A DNA stretch of 50,729 nucleotides from Verrucomicrobiota bacterium (GTDB lineage Bacteria; Verrucomicrobiota; Verrucomicrobiia; Limisphaerales; CANJSG01), in contig JBBQXJ010000030.1 of NCBI GenBank assembly GCA_038209745.1, forward strand, positions 1-50,729, written 5' to 3'. The notes under the pieces were generated by a model that worked only from the letters and a program-made list of their open reading frames with translations, was not told the DNA's origin and ran no database searches. Positions 29,267-37,135 of this stretch are shown here, piece by piece; within the stretch, counting starts at the first letter, position 1, and every line of letters begins with the position of its first letter. Made by a program: the position numbers and the translations under genes.

Positions 29267-31156
29267 ATGGATCGAAGCGTTGTAGCCAACCGGTGTCAGT
29301 GGGGGATTTTGGGGCTGGTTCTGGGCGTCCTGGTGTTCGCACCTCTGGCCTTCGGATCGGTGGAACCCTGGGCCCAGATCGTCGTGCAATGGATGGTCAC
29401 GGTGGCGTTGGCGCTCTGGGGGGTGAAGCTCGTCGCGGAGGGCAGGCCCAAGCTGCTCGTGCCGCCGGCGGTTTGGGCCGCGCTGGTTTTCATGGCCTAC
29501 GCGGTCTTCCGCTACTCCACGGCCGACGTGGAGTATGTCGCGCGGCAGGAAGTGATGCGCATCGGCGTCTGTCTCGCCGCTTTCCTGTTGGTGGTCATGA
29601 ACCTGCACGGGCAGAAGGCGGTCAGGCTGATCGTCTTCACGCTGATCGCCATGGCGACGTTCGAGAGCGTCTACGGCATCTACCAATTGGCCGCCAAGTC
29701 CTCCTCGGTTTTCGGCGTTCTTCGCCCCGAGGCCTATGACGGTCGTGGATCCGGTTCCTACATCAATCCGAACCACATGGCCGGGTTCGTGGAGCTCGTG
29801 CTCCCGCTGGCCCTGGCGATCGCGCTGATGAGCCGGGAGAAGCATTGGGTGCGCATCCTGGTGGGCTACCTCGCCGGGGTGATGTTCGTCGGGGTCTTGT
29901 CCACGCTGTCGAAGGGCGGCTACGTCGCGATGCTCTGCTCTCTCTCGCTCCTTGGGATCCTGCTCGTGGTCCGGCGGCGGACGTGGTGGTCTCTTGCGGC
30001 GGGTGGGACCGTGTTGCTGGCCGTGTTCATCGGCTACAAGTCGATGCCGGACAAACTCAGGCAACGTTTTGAGGACATAGAGCGCTATGTGGGCACCGGT
30101 GCCAAGGACACGAGGGAGTTGATCTGGGACACGGCGCTCAAAGTCTGGAAGGAGGACGTCTGGCTGGGGGCGGGTCCGAACCACTTCGACGTGAAGTATC
30201 GGAAATACCGCAATGTCTGGCTTCAGACCCGGCCTGACCGGACCCACAGCGACCCTCTCCAGATTCTGGTCGATTTGGGAATCGTGGGGGCGTCTTTGAG
30301 TGCGCTTTTCCTGCTCGCGCTCGGTTGGGGAATCTGGCGTTGCTGGCCCTTCTTGTCGCGGGGTGGCGGCATCTCCGACAATTCCAACAGCACGCGTCTC
30401 GCGATCGTGGCGGGAGGCGGCATCGGCCTGCTCGCGCTGGCCATCCATGGAGCCGTCGAGTTCAACCTTTCCATCCCGGCAACCGCCTTGGCGGCGGCGA
30501 CGGTCGCGGCGGTGGTGGTGCTCCATATCCGTTTTGCCACGGAAGGCTTCTGGTGGTCGCTGGGCCTCGTTGGCCGGAGTGTCGTCTTGCTGGTCGTGGC
30601 CGGCGCCGTGGGCGTTCTGGGCTGGCAGGCGTCGCGCCGCACCTCGGAGAGCGGGTCTCTTGGCCAAGCCGAGGCGCAACCGGGCGAGGGTCCCGAGAAA
30701 GAACGGCTGCTGCGCCGCGCCCTCCAGGTGGAGCCGGCCAATCCGCAGACCTGGCTCGATCTCGGGGAAGACCTCCGCTATCGCAGTTTCGAGGGTGCGG
30801 AAGACTTCGAGCCGCTGGCGCTGTCGGCGATCGAAGCGTTCAAGCACGCCACGGTCCTGGATCCGTTCGATCCCTATGGATTCGCCGATCAGGGAATGTG
30901 CCTCACTTGGATCGGGCGCCACGAAGAAGCCGAGCCGTTGATGGTCCGGGCCACGGAGCTCGATCCCAACGGCAAGCACGTCATGGCGGTCCGTGGCTGG
31001 CAACAGTTCCAAGCGGGCAACCTCGACCAGGCGGCCATTTGGTTGGGCAAGGCCCTCAACACGCCCCACAAACCCGATCCCTTGGCCCAGTTGTTCGGCC
31101 CGATCGTGGGCCGGGAACTGGCCCGAAGAAACGCCCTGCTTCCACCGGCCAAGTAA
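29267..31156 (+). CDS. O-antigen ligase-family membrane protein with C-terminal TPRs
   Basis: PLAFGSV, GSYINPNHMAG, TLSKGG, RELIW...GAGPNHF, HSDPLQILVDLG, TPR-like C-terminus. Confidence 0.88.
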   Translation: MDRSVVANRCQWGILGLVLGVLVFAPLAFGSVEPWAQIVVQWMVTVALALWGVKLVAEGRPKLLVPPAVWAALVFMAYAVFRYSTADVEYVARQEVMRIGVCLAAFLLVVMNLHGQKAVRLIVFTLIAMATFESVYGIYQLAAKSSSVFGVLRPEAYDGRGSGSYINPNHMAGFVELVLPLALAIALMSREKHWVRILVGYLAGVMFVGVLSTLSKGGYVAMLCSLSLLGILLVVRRRTWWSLAAGGTVLLAVFIGYKSMPDKLRQRFEDIERYVGTGAKDTRELIWDTALKVWKEDVWLGAGPNHFDVKYRKYRNVWLQTRPDRTHSDPLQILVDLGIVGASLSALFLLALGWGIWRCWPFLSRGGGISDNSNSTRLAIVAGGGIGLLALAIHGAVEFNLSIPATALAAATVAAVVVLHIRFATEGFWWSLGLVGRSVVLLVVAGAVGVLGWQASRRTSESGSLGQAEAQPGEGPEKERLLRRALQVEPANPQTWLDLGEDLRYRSFEGAEDFEPLALSAIEAFKHATVLDPFDPYGFADQGMCLTWIGRHEEAEPLMVRATELDPNGKHVMAVRGWQQFQAGNLDQAAIWLGKALNTPHKPDPLAQLFGPIVGRELARRNALLPPAK

Positions 31157-31218
31157 TTCCTTTGACACCGGCTTCGCCCCTGCGCCATGACCTGCGCCTT
31201 CGATCAGGATCCAATTCG

Positions 31219-32001
31219 ATGAAAGTCGTCATTCTCTGCGGTGGTAAAGGAACTCGCCTGCGCGAGGAGACGGAGTATCGGCCCAAGCCGATGGTGCCCA
31301 TCGGCGACCGGCCGATCCTCTGGCACATCATGAAGACCTACGCCGCCCATGGGCACCGGGAGTTCATCCTCTGCCTCGGCTACAAGGGCGATGTCATCAA
31401 GGACTTCTTCCGCAACTACCTTTGGATGACGAGCGACGTGACGCTCAAGCTCGGCCACCAGCCACAGATTACGATCCACAACCACCACGACGAGGAGGAC
31501 TGGACCGTCACCTTGGCCGACACCGGCCAAGAGACGATGACCGCCGGCCGGATCGCCCGGATCGAGCGCTACCTCGGGGACGACGAGTCCTTCCTCCTCA
31601 CCTACGGCGACGGTGTGGGCGACGTGGACATCACCAAGTCCATCGAGTTTCACCAGACCCATGGCAAGCTCCTCACCCTGACGGCGGTGCATCCTCCCGG
31701 GCGTTTTGGCGAGCTGGGCATGGAGCCTGGCGGCAGCGTCTCGCAGTTCAACGAGAAGCCGCAGGTCGAGGGCGGCTGGATCAACGGGGGCTACTTCGTC
31801 GCCTCCCGGAAGATCCTTTCCTACATCCGAGGCGGCGACCACCTGATGTTCGAGCAGGAGCCCATCCGCAAGATCGCCGCCGAAGGCCAGTTGATGGCCT
31901 TCCAGCATGGCGGATTCTGGCAGCCGATGGACACCTATCAGGAGTTCCAGTTGCTCAATCGTCTCTGGGATTCGGGCAAGGCTCCCTGGAAGATCTGGTG
32001 A
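31219..32001 (+). CDS. rfbF: Glucose-1-phosphate cytidylyltransferase
   Basis: MKVVILCGGKGTRLREETEYRPKPMV, CLGYKG, TYGDG, INGGYF, FWQPMDT. Confidence 0.96.
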   Translation: MKVVILCGGKGTRLREETEYRPKPMVPIGDRPILWHIMKTYAAHGHREFILCLGYKGDVIKDFFRNYLWMTSDVTLKLGHQPQITIHNHHDEEDWTVTLADTGQETMTAGRIARIERYLGDDESFLLTYGDGVGDVDITKSIEFHQTHGKLLTLTAVHPPGRFGELGMEPGGSVSQFNEKPQVEGGWINGGYFVASRKILSYIRGGDHLMFEQEPIRKIAAEGQLMAFQHGGFWQPMDTYQEFQLLNRLWDSGKAPWKIW

Positions 32002-32003
32002 CC

Positions 32004-33110
32004 ATGTTCGGCGACGCGTTCAAAGGCAAAACGGTCTGGCTCTCCGGCATCACCGGTTTCAAGGGAACTTGGCTCGCGGAATGGCTCGTGGGTCTCGGGG
32101 CCGAGGTGCGTGGTTTCGCGCTGGCTCCGCCGACGCATCCCTCCGTCTTTGAGCAGACCGGCTTGGCCTCGCGCGTGCGCTGGGACAACGCCGATCTGCG
32201 CGATCCCGCCGCGGTGCGTCGTTCGCTGCTGGAGACCGATCCCGACTTCGTCCTCCATCTCGCCGCCCAACCGCTGGTCCGCCTCTCGTATGATGAGCCG
32301 GTCGAGACCTACGCGACGAACGTCATGGGCACCCTCCACGTGATGGAAGCGCTGCGCGGTCTGCGGAAACCGTGCGCCGCCGTCTTCGTCACCACGGACA
32401 AGTGCTACGAGAACCGCGAATGGGTCCACGGCTACCGCGAGGAAGACCCCGTCGGCGGCTACGATCCCTACAGCTCCAGCAAGGCCGCCTGCGAAGTGGC
32501 CATCGCGTCGTGGCGCCGGTCGTTCTTCAAGGATCATCCCGTCAAGATCGCCAGCGCCCGCGCCGGCAACGTCATCGGCGGCGGCGACTGGGCCAAGGAC
32601 CGCATCATTCCCGACTGTGTCCGCGCCTTGGTCAAAGGGGAGACGATCCCCGTGCGCAACCGGACCGCCACGCGGCCTTGGCAACATGTGCTGGAGCCGC
32701 TCAGCGGCTATCTCTGGTTGGCCGCCGTTTTGGCCAGGCCCGAGCTGAGGCCCTACGCCGCATCCCACTTCGCCTCCGCCTTCAATTTCGGCCCCGGCCA
32801 CGATGCGAACCGCACCGTCGCCGAGCTGGTCGCCGAGGTGCTGAAGACCTGGCCCGGGAAGTGGGACGACCGTTCCGATCCGAACGCGGTCCACGAAGCC
32901 AGTCTCCTCCAGCTCACCACCGACAAGGCCAACGCCTTCCTCGGCTGGTTCCCCGTCTGGCGTTTTCCCGAGGCCGTCCACGAAACCATCGGCTGGTATC
33001 ATCGGAACCCGGTGGGCGCGTCCACCGGCGCCGTCCACGAATTCACCCGCGACCAGATCGCCGCCTACACCCGCCGCGCCGCCGAGCTCGGCGTCCTCTG
33101 GGCAAAATGA
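32004..33110 (+). CDS. rfbG: CDP-glucose 4,6-dehydratase
   Basis: GITGFKGTWL, HLAAQPLVRLSY, TTDKCYEN, DPYSSSK, RAGNVIGGGDW, RPWQHVLEPLSGY. Confidence 0.96.
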   Translation: MFGDAFKGKTVWLSGITGFKGTWLAEWLVGLGAEVRGFALAPPTHPSVFEQTGLASRVRWDNADLRDPAAVRRSLLETDPDFVLHLAAQPLVRLSYDEPVETYATNVMGTLHVMEALRGLRKPCAAVFVTTDKCYENREWVHGYREEDPVGGYDPYSSSKAACEVAIASWRRSFFKDHPVKIASARAGNVIGGGDWAKDRIIPDCVRALVKGETIPVRNRTATRPWQHVLEPLSGYLWLAAVLARPELRPYAASHFASAFNFGPGHDANRTVAELVAEVLKTWPGKWDDRSDPNAVHEASLLQLTTDKANAFLGWFPVWRFPEAVHETIGWYHRNPVGASTGAVHEFTRDQIAAYTRRAAELGVLWAK

Positions 33111-33113
33111 AGA

Positions 33114-33254
33114 AACCACAGATGGACCCAGATCAACACCGGTGGGGATCGAACGTCGGGTTCGTTCCTGCCGAAGTTTTCAGCAGGGCTTCACCGGGCC
33201 GTTCCTTGGCCTTGGCTTTGCCGAATCTGTGTTTATCTGTGTCCATCTGTGGTT
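33114..33254. repeat. MITE/REP-like element with 30-bp imperfect terminal inverted repeats built of 10-bp subunits
   Basis: AACCACAGATGGACCCAGATCAACACCGGT (33114-33143) versus ATCTGTGTTTATCTGTGTCCATCTGTGGTT (33225-33254), 26/30 complementary. Confidence 0.8.
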
Positions 33255-33278
33255 GAAGAATCAGCCGTCCCCTTTCCC

Positions 33279-34703
33279 ATGCCGACTCCCGCCGAACTCA
33301 AAGCCGAGATCCTCCGCCTCACCCGCGAATACTCCACGCTCGTCCACCAACAGAACGGCCCCGGCTACGCCGCCGAGTCCGGCCCCGGGCCGCAGTTCGT
33401 CGCGGGCGAAACCACCGTGCCCTATGCCGGCCGCGTGTTCGACGCGAACGAGGTCGAGGCCGCCGTTGGCAGCACCTTGGATTTCTGGCTGACGCTCGGA
33501 CCCGAGGGCGACGCCTTCGAGGGCGAGCTCGCGAAATTCCTCGGGGTGAAAAAGTCGCTCCTCGTCAATTCCGGCTCCTCGGCCAACCTCGTCGCCTTCT
33601 CCGCCCTCACCAGCGCCAAGCTCGGCGATCGCCAGATCAAACCGGGCGATGAAGTCATCACCGTCGCCGCCGGCTTCCCGACCACCGTCGCGCCCATTCT
33701 CCAGAACGGCGTGGTGCCGGTCTTCATCGACAACGATCCCGTCACCCTCAACGGCCGGGTCGAGATGCTGGAAGAAGCCTTCGTTCCCGGCAAAACCAAG
33801 GCCGTGATGATGGCCCACACCCTGGGCAATCCGTTCAACCTCTCGGCCGTCACCGAGTTCTGCCGGAAGCACCATCTCTGGCTGATCGAGGACAACTGCG
33901 ACGCCCTCGGCTGCCGCTACGACGGCCAGCTCACCGGTACCTTCGGCGATCTCTCCACCCAATCCTTCTATCCCCCGCACCACCTGACCATGGGCGAGGG
34001 CGGCGCGGTCAACGTGGTGAAGGAAATGCGGCTCAAGGTCCTGGCCGAGAGCTTCCGCGACTGGGGCCGCGACTGTTGGTGCGCCTCGGGCAAGGACAAC
34101 ACCTGCAACAAGCGCTTCGGCTGGCAGCTGGGCGAGCTCCCCGAAGGCTATGACCACAAATACATCTACAGCCACCTCGGCTATAATCTGAAGCCGCTCG
34201 ATCCGCAGGCCGCCATCGGCCGGCAGCAGTTGAAGAAGCTCCCGCAGTTCGTCCAGGCCCGCATCGACAATTGGAACTACCTCCGCGCCGGCCTCGCCCC
34301 GCTGGAGGAGTTCATCGAGTTCATGCTGCCGACCCACGCCACGGGCTGGACGCCGGACGGATCGTTCAGCTGGGACGACTCGGGCCACTTCACCCTCTGC
34401 TCTTGGTTCGGTTTCATGATGTTGGTCAAACCGGATGCGCCCTTCACTCGACGCGATCTTACCAAGGCGCTCGATACCGCCAAGATCGGCAACCGGATGC
34501 TCTTTGGCGGGAACCTCGTCCGTCAGCCCGCCTTCGTGCAGCTGCGCAAAGACCGGCCCGAAGCCCTCCGCATCGTGGGCGATCTGAAGGGCGCCGACCG
34601 GATCATGAACGAGTCCCTCTTCGTCGGCACCTATCCGGGCCTGACCAAGGGGATGCTCGACTACATGGTGGAAACGGTCACGAAGGTGGCCACCTCAAGG
34701 TAG
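33279..34703 (+). CDS. rfbH: CDP-4-keto-6-deoxyglucose 3-dehydrase (E1, RfbH/DdhC)
   Basis: VNSGSSAN, AAGFPTT, AHTLGNPF, EDNCDALG, SFYPPHHLTMGEGG (His in place of the PLP Lys), GRDCWC..KDNTC, GYDHKY. Confidence 0.95.
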   Translation: MPTPAELKAEILRLTREYSTLVHQQNGPGYAAESGPGPQFVAGETTVPYAGRVFDANEVEAAVGSTLDFWLTLGPEGDAFEGELAKFLGVKKSLLVNSGSSANLVAFSALTSAKLGDRQIKPGDEVITVAAGFPTTVAPILQNGVVPVFIDNDPVTLNGRVEMLEEAFVPGKTKAVMMAHTLGNPFNLSAVTEFCRKHHLWLIEDNCDALGCRYDGQLTGTFGDLSTQSFYPPHHLTMGEGGAVNVVKEMRLKVLAESFRDWGRDCWCASGKDNTCNKRFGWQLGELPEGYDHKYIYSHLGYNLKPLDPQAAIGRQQLKKLPQFVQARIDNWNYLRAGLAPLEEFIEFMLPTHATGWTPDGSFSWDDSGHFTLCSWFGFMMLVKPDAPFTRRDLTKALDTAKIGNRMLFGGNLVRQPAFVQLRKDRPEALRIVGDLKGADRIMNESLFVGTYPGLTKGMLDYMVETVTKVATSR

Positions 34704-34718
34704 GCCCGGTCCGCTGCG

Positions 34719-34746
34719 TTGACTCGGTGGCGCGCAACCTTAGAAT
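34719..34746 (+). promoter_or_regulatory. Putative sigma70 promoter for the TA operon, probably leaderless
   Basis: TTGACT (34719-34724), N16, TAGAAT (34741-34746), with ATG 5 nt downstream at 34752. Confidence 0.55.
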
Positions 34747-34751
34747 TTTCC

Positions 34752-35006
34752 ATGGTCAAAACCGAAGTTGAACTGCCCGATTCTCTTTTCGCTGAGATCA
34801 GCCGAGTGGCCCGGGAACACGACTGGACCCTTGCGGACACGCTTTGTCGGGGTGCGGAGGTTCTGGTGAAGACCTATGCCTCCCCAAGCGGCGAAGCGGC
34901 CCCGGGGTGGAAGACTCCCGCGCCGCTTGAAGTGGACCTCCTGATGGAGGATGCCGTCCGGTTGCGGGATGTCGCCCGCGGCGACGAGGAGGCCCGGGGC
35001 TTCTGA
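34752..35006 (+). CDS. Putative VapB-type RHH antitoxin
   Basis: MVKTEVELPDSLFAEISRVA ribbon-helix-helix pattern; TGATG coupling to the PIN gene. Confidence 0.75.
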   Translation: MVKTEVELPDSLFAEISRVAREHDWTLADTLCRGAEVLVKTYASPSGEAAPGWKTPAPLEVDLLMEDAVRLRDVARGDEEARGF

Positions 35007-35437
35007 TGCTGGGGCTCGACACCAATCTCCTGCTCTATGCGAGCGCGGCGCGTTCCCCCTTCCAGCCGGCCGCCGCCGCGTTTCTTGATTCGATCAGCGG
35101 CGACGCCTCCGTGGTGGTCTGCGAGCTGGTGCTGGTGGAGTTTTACAATCTCCTGCGGAACCCGGCCGTCGTGTCTCCCGTCTTGACCCCGGCCGCCGCC
35201 GTGGCCCGGTGCCAGGTGTTTCGCCAGCATCCGCGCTGGCGGATCGTCGAGACGGCTCCCGTGATGGGCCGACTTTGGCCGATGGCGGCCCAGCCGAACT
35301 TTCCCCGTCGTCGGATCTTCGACCTGAGGTTGGCGCTCACCTTGCAGGCGTTCGGGGTCATGCGCTTTGCCACCGCGAACGTGGCCGACTTCCAAGGACT
35401 GGGATTCCAGGAGGTTTGGAATCCGTTGCAGCCTTGA
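35006..35437 (+). CDS. vapC: PIN-domain VapC toxin
   Basis: LDTNLLLYA, VLVEFYNLL, IFDLRLALT, FATANVADF, EVWNP. Confidence 0.9.
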   Translation: MLGLDTNLLLYASAARSPFQPAAAAFLDSISGDASVVVCELVLVEFYNLLRNPAVVSPVLTPAAAVARCQVFRQHPRWRIVETAPVMGRLWPMAAQPNFPRRRIFDLRLALTLQAFGVMRFATANVADFQGLGFQEVWNPLQP

Positions 35438-35468
35438 CGCTTTCCCTCTCACGGCAAGACTCCTGCGC

Positions 35469-35687
35469 ATGAGAGAACTCACCGCCATGCTCCACCCTGG
35501 AGAGCCCGACGAGGGCGGCTTTTGGGCGACCTGCCGGGAGGTTCCGGCCGCCAACGGCCAGGGTGAAACCCGGGTAGAATGCCTGAAGAGCCTGGCCGAA
35601 GCCGGGCCACGGCATCAGAAAATCAAGAGGCCTCTGGCCCGGTCCATTTGCCGCAATCTATCCGTCGAGGTTCCGAAAGGAGCCTAA
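35469..35687 (+). pseudogene. HicB N-terminus fused to a HicA-like C-terminus (collapsed hicBA)
   Basis: EGGFWATCREVPAANGQGETRVECLKSLAEA (HicB-like) followed directly by PRHQKIKRPLARSICRNL (HicA PRH motif). Confidence 0.7.
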
Positions 35688-35693
35688 AACTCA

Positions 35694-36239
35694 GTGACTC
35701 CCCCCATCGAAGCCATCCCCACGCCGCTGCCCGGCCTGTTCGTTCTGCGCCCGCGGATCTTCACCGATCAGCGCGGCACCTTCATCAAGACCTACCACCG
35801 CGACCTCTTTCGCGAGCTCGGCGTGCCCTTCACCCCGGCCGAGGAGTTCTTCTCCACCTCGAAGCGGGGCGTCGTCCGGGGCATGCATTTCCAGACGCCG
35901 CCCGCCGCCCACGACAAGCTGGTCTACTGCGTCGCGGGCTCCGTCCTCGACGTGGTGGTCGACCTCCGCAAGGGCACGCACTACGGCCGGGTTTTCAGCC
36001 ATGAGCTGACCCACGACAACCGGCAGATGCTCTTCATTCCCCAGGGCTGCGCGCACGGCTTTCTCGCGTTGTCGGAGTTGGCGACGCTCGTCTACCAGAC
36101 CGGCACCGTGCACACGCCGGCCTGTGACGGCGGCGTGCTCTGGGATTCGATCGGTTTCGACTGGCCGGTGGAGGAACCGATCCTTTCCGAACGGGACCAG
36201 AAGTTTCCGAAAGTGGCCGACTTCGCTTCGCCCTTCTGA
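35694..36239 (+). CDS. NDP-4-keto-6-deoxyhexose epimerase (RmlC/AscE family)
   Basis: FTDQRGTF, RGVVRGMHFQ, KLVYCVAGSVLDVVVDLRK, IPQGCAHGF, WPVEEPILSERD. Confidence 0.92.
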   Translation: MTPPIEAIPTPLPGLFVLRPRIFTDQRGTFIKTYHRDLFRELGVPFTPAEEFFSTSKRGVVRGMHFQTPPAAHDKLVYCVAGSVLDVVVDLRKGTHYGRVFSHELTHDNRQMLFIPQGCAHGFLALSELATLVYQTGTVHTPACDGGVLWDSIGFDWPVEEPILSERDQKFPKVADFASPF

Positions 36240-36241
36240 CC

Positions 36242-37132
36242 ATGCGGCTGCTTGTCATCGGAGGTTCGGGACTGGTCGGTTCCCATCTGCTGGCCGAAGC
36301 CTTGCGGCGGGGTCACCACGCGTTCGGCACCTTCCGCGAACGGGCCGTGCCCGGGCTGGAACCGCTGGATGCCGCCCGCCTTGCTGATTTCGAAGCGCTG
36401 CTCGATCGGCATCGCCCGGACCGCGTGATCCATGCCGCCGGTTGGACCTGGGTCGACGGTTGCGAAGACGATCCAGCGCGGGCGATGGAGGAGAATTGCC
36501 ACCAACCCGTCCGCTTGGCCGAGATCTGCCAGCGGCGCGGCCTCCGGTTCGCCTACATCTCCACGTCCTATATTTTCGATGGATCCGCCGGCCCCTACGA
36601 CGAGTCGGCCGTTCCGGCCCCGATCAATGCCTACGCCCGGTCCAAGTGGGAGGCCGAGCAACGGCTCGTGGCGGCCACCGACGGATCGGTGCTGTTGCCG
36701 CGCGTCATCTGCGTCTATGGGGTCGAAGCTCGCCGCAAGAATTTCGCCTACCAAGTGGGCGACGCCCTGCGGGTGGGAAAGATCCTGACCCTTCCGTCCG
36801 ACCAGCGGGGCAATCCCACTTGGGCCGGCGACATCGCCCGCACCACCGTGGACTTGCTGGAGCGGGCGGAGCGTGGCGCCTTCCATCTGGGCGGAGCGGA
36901 TCCTGACTGCGACCGGATCGCGTGGGCCGAGCATCTGGTCCGGTCGTTCAAGCAGGTCGGAGTGGAGGCTGCAACCGGGTTCACGATCGTCCCCAAGTCC
37001 ACGGCGATCCTTGCGCAAAAAGCCTTGCGACCGCTGCACGCCGGCATGGTTTCGCGGCGGCTGGCCCGGCCCTGCTTTGGTCCGGCGGACGACGCGGCCA
37101 TTTGCCGGGAAATTGCCGGCACCACCCGCTGA
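36242..37132 (+). CDS. NDP-4-ketosugar reductase (RmlD-like SDR)
   Basis: GGSGLVG, HAAGWTWVDGCE, ISTSYIFDG, YARSK, DQRGNPT. Confidence 0.9.
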   Translation: MRLLVIGGSGLVGSHLLAEALRRGHHAFGTFRERAVPGLEPLDAARLADFEALLDRHRPDRVIHAAGWTWVDGCEDDPARAMEENCHQPVRLAEICQRRGLRFAYISTSYIFDGSAGPYDESAVPAPINAYARSKWEAEQRLVAATDGSVLLPRVICVYGVEARRKNFAYQVGDALRVGKILTLPSDQRGNPTWAGDIARTTVDLLERAERGAFHLGGADPDCDRIAWAEHLVRSFKQVGVEAATGFTIVPKSTAILAQKALRPLHAGMVSRRLARPCFGPADDAAICREIAGTTR

Positions 37133-37135
37133 TCC

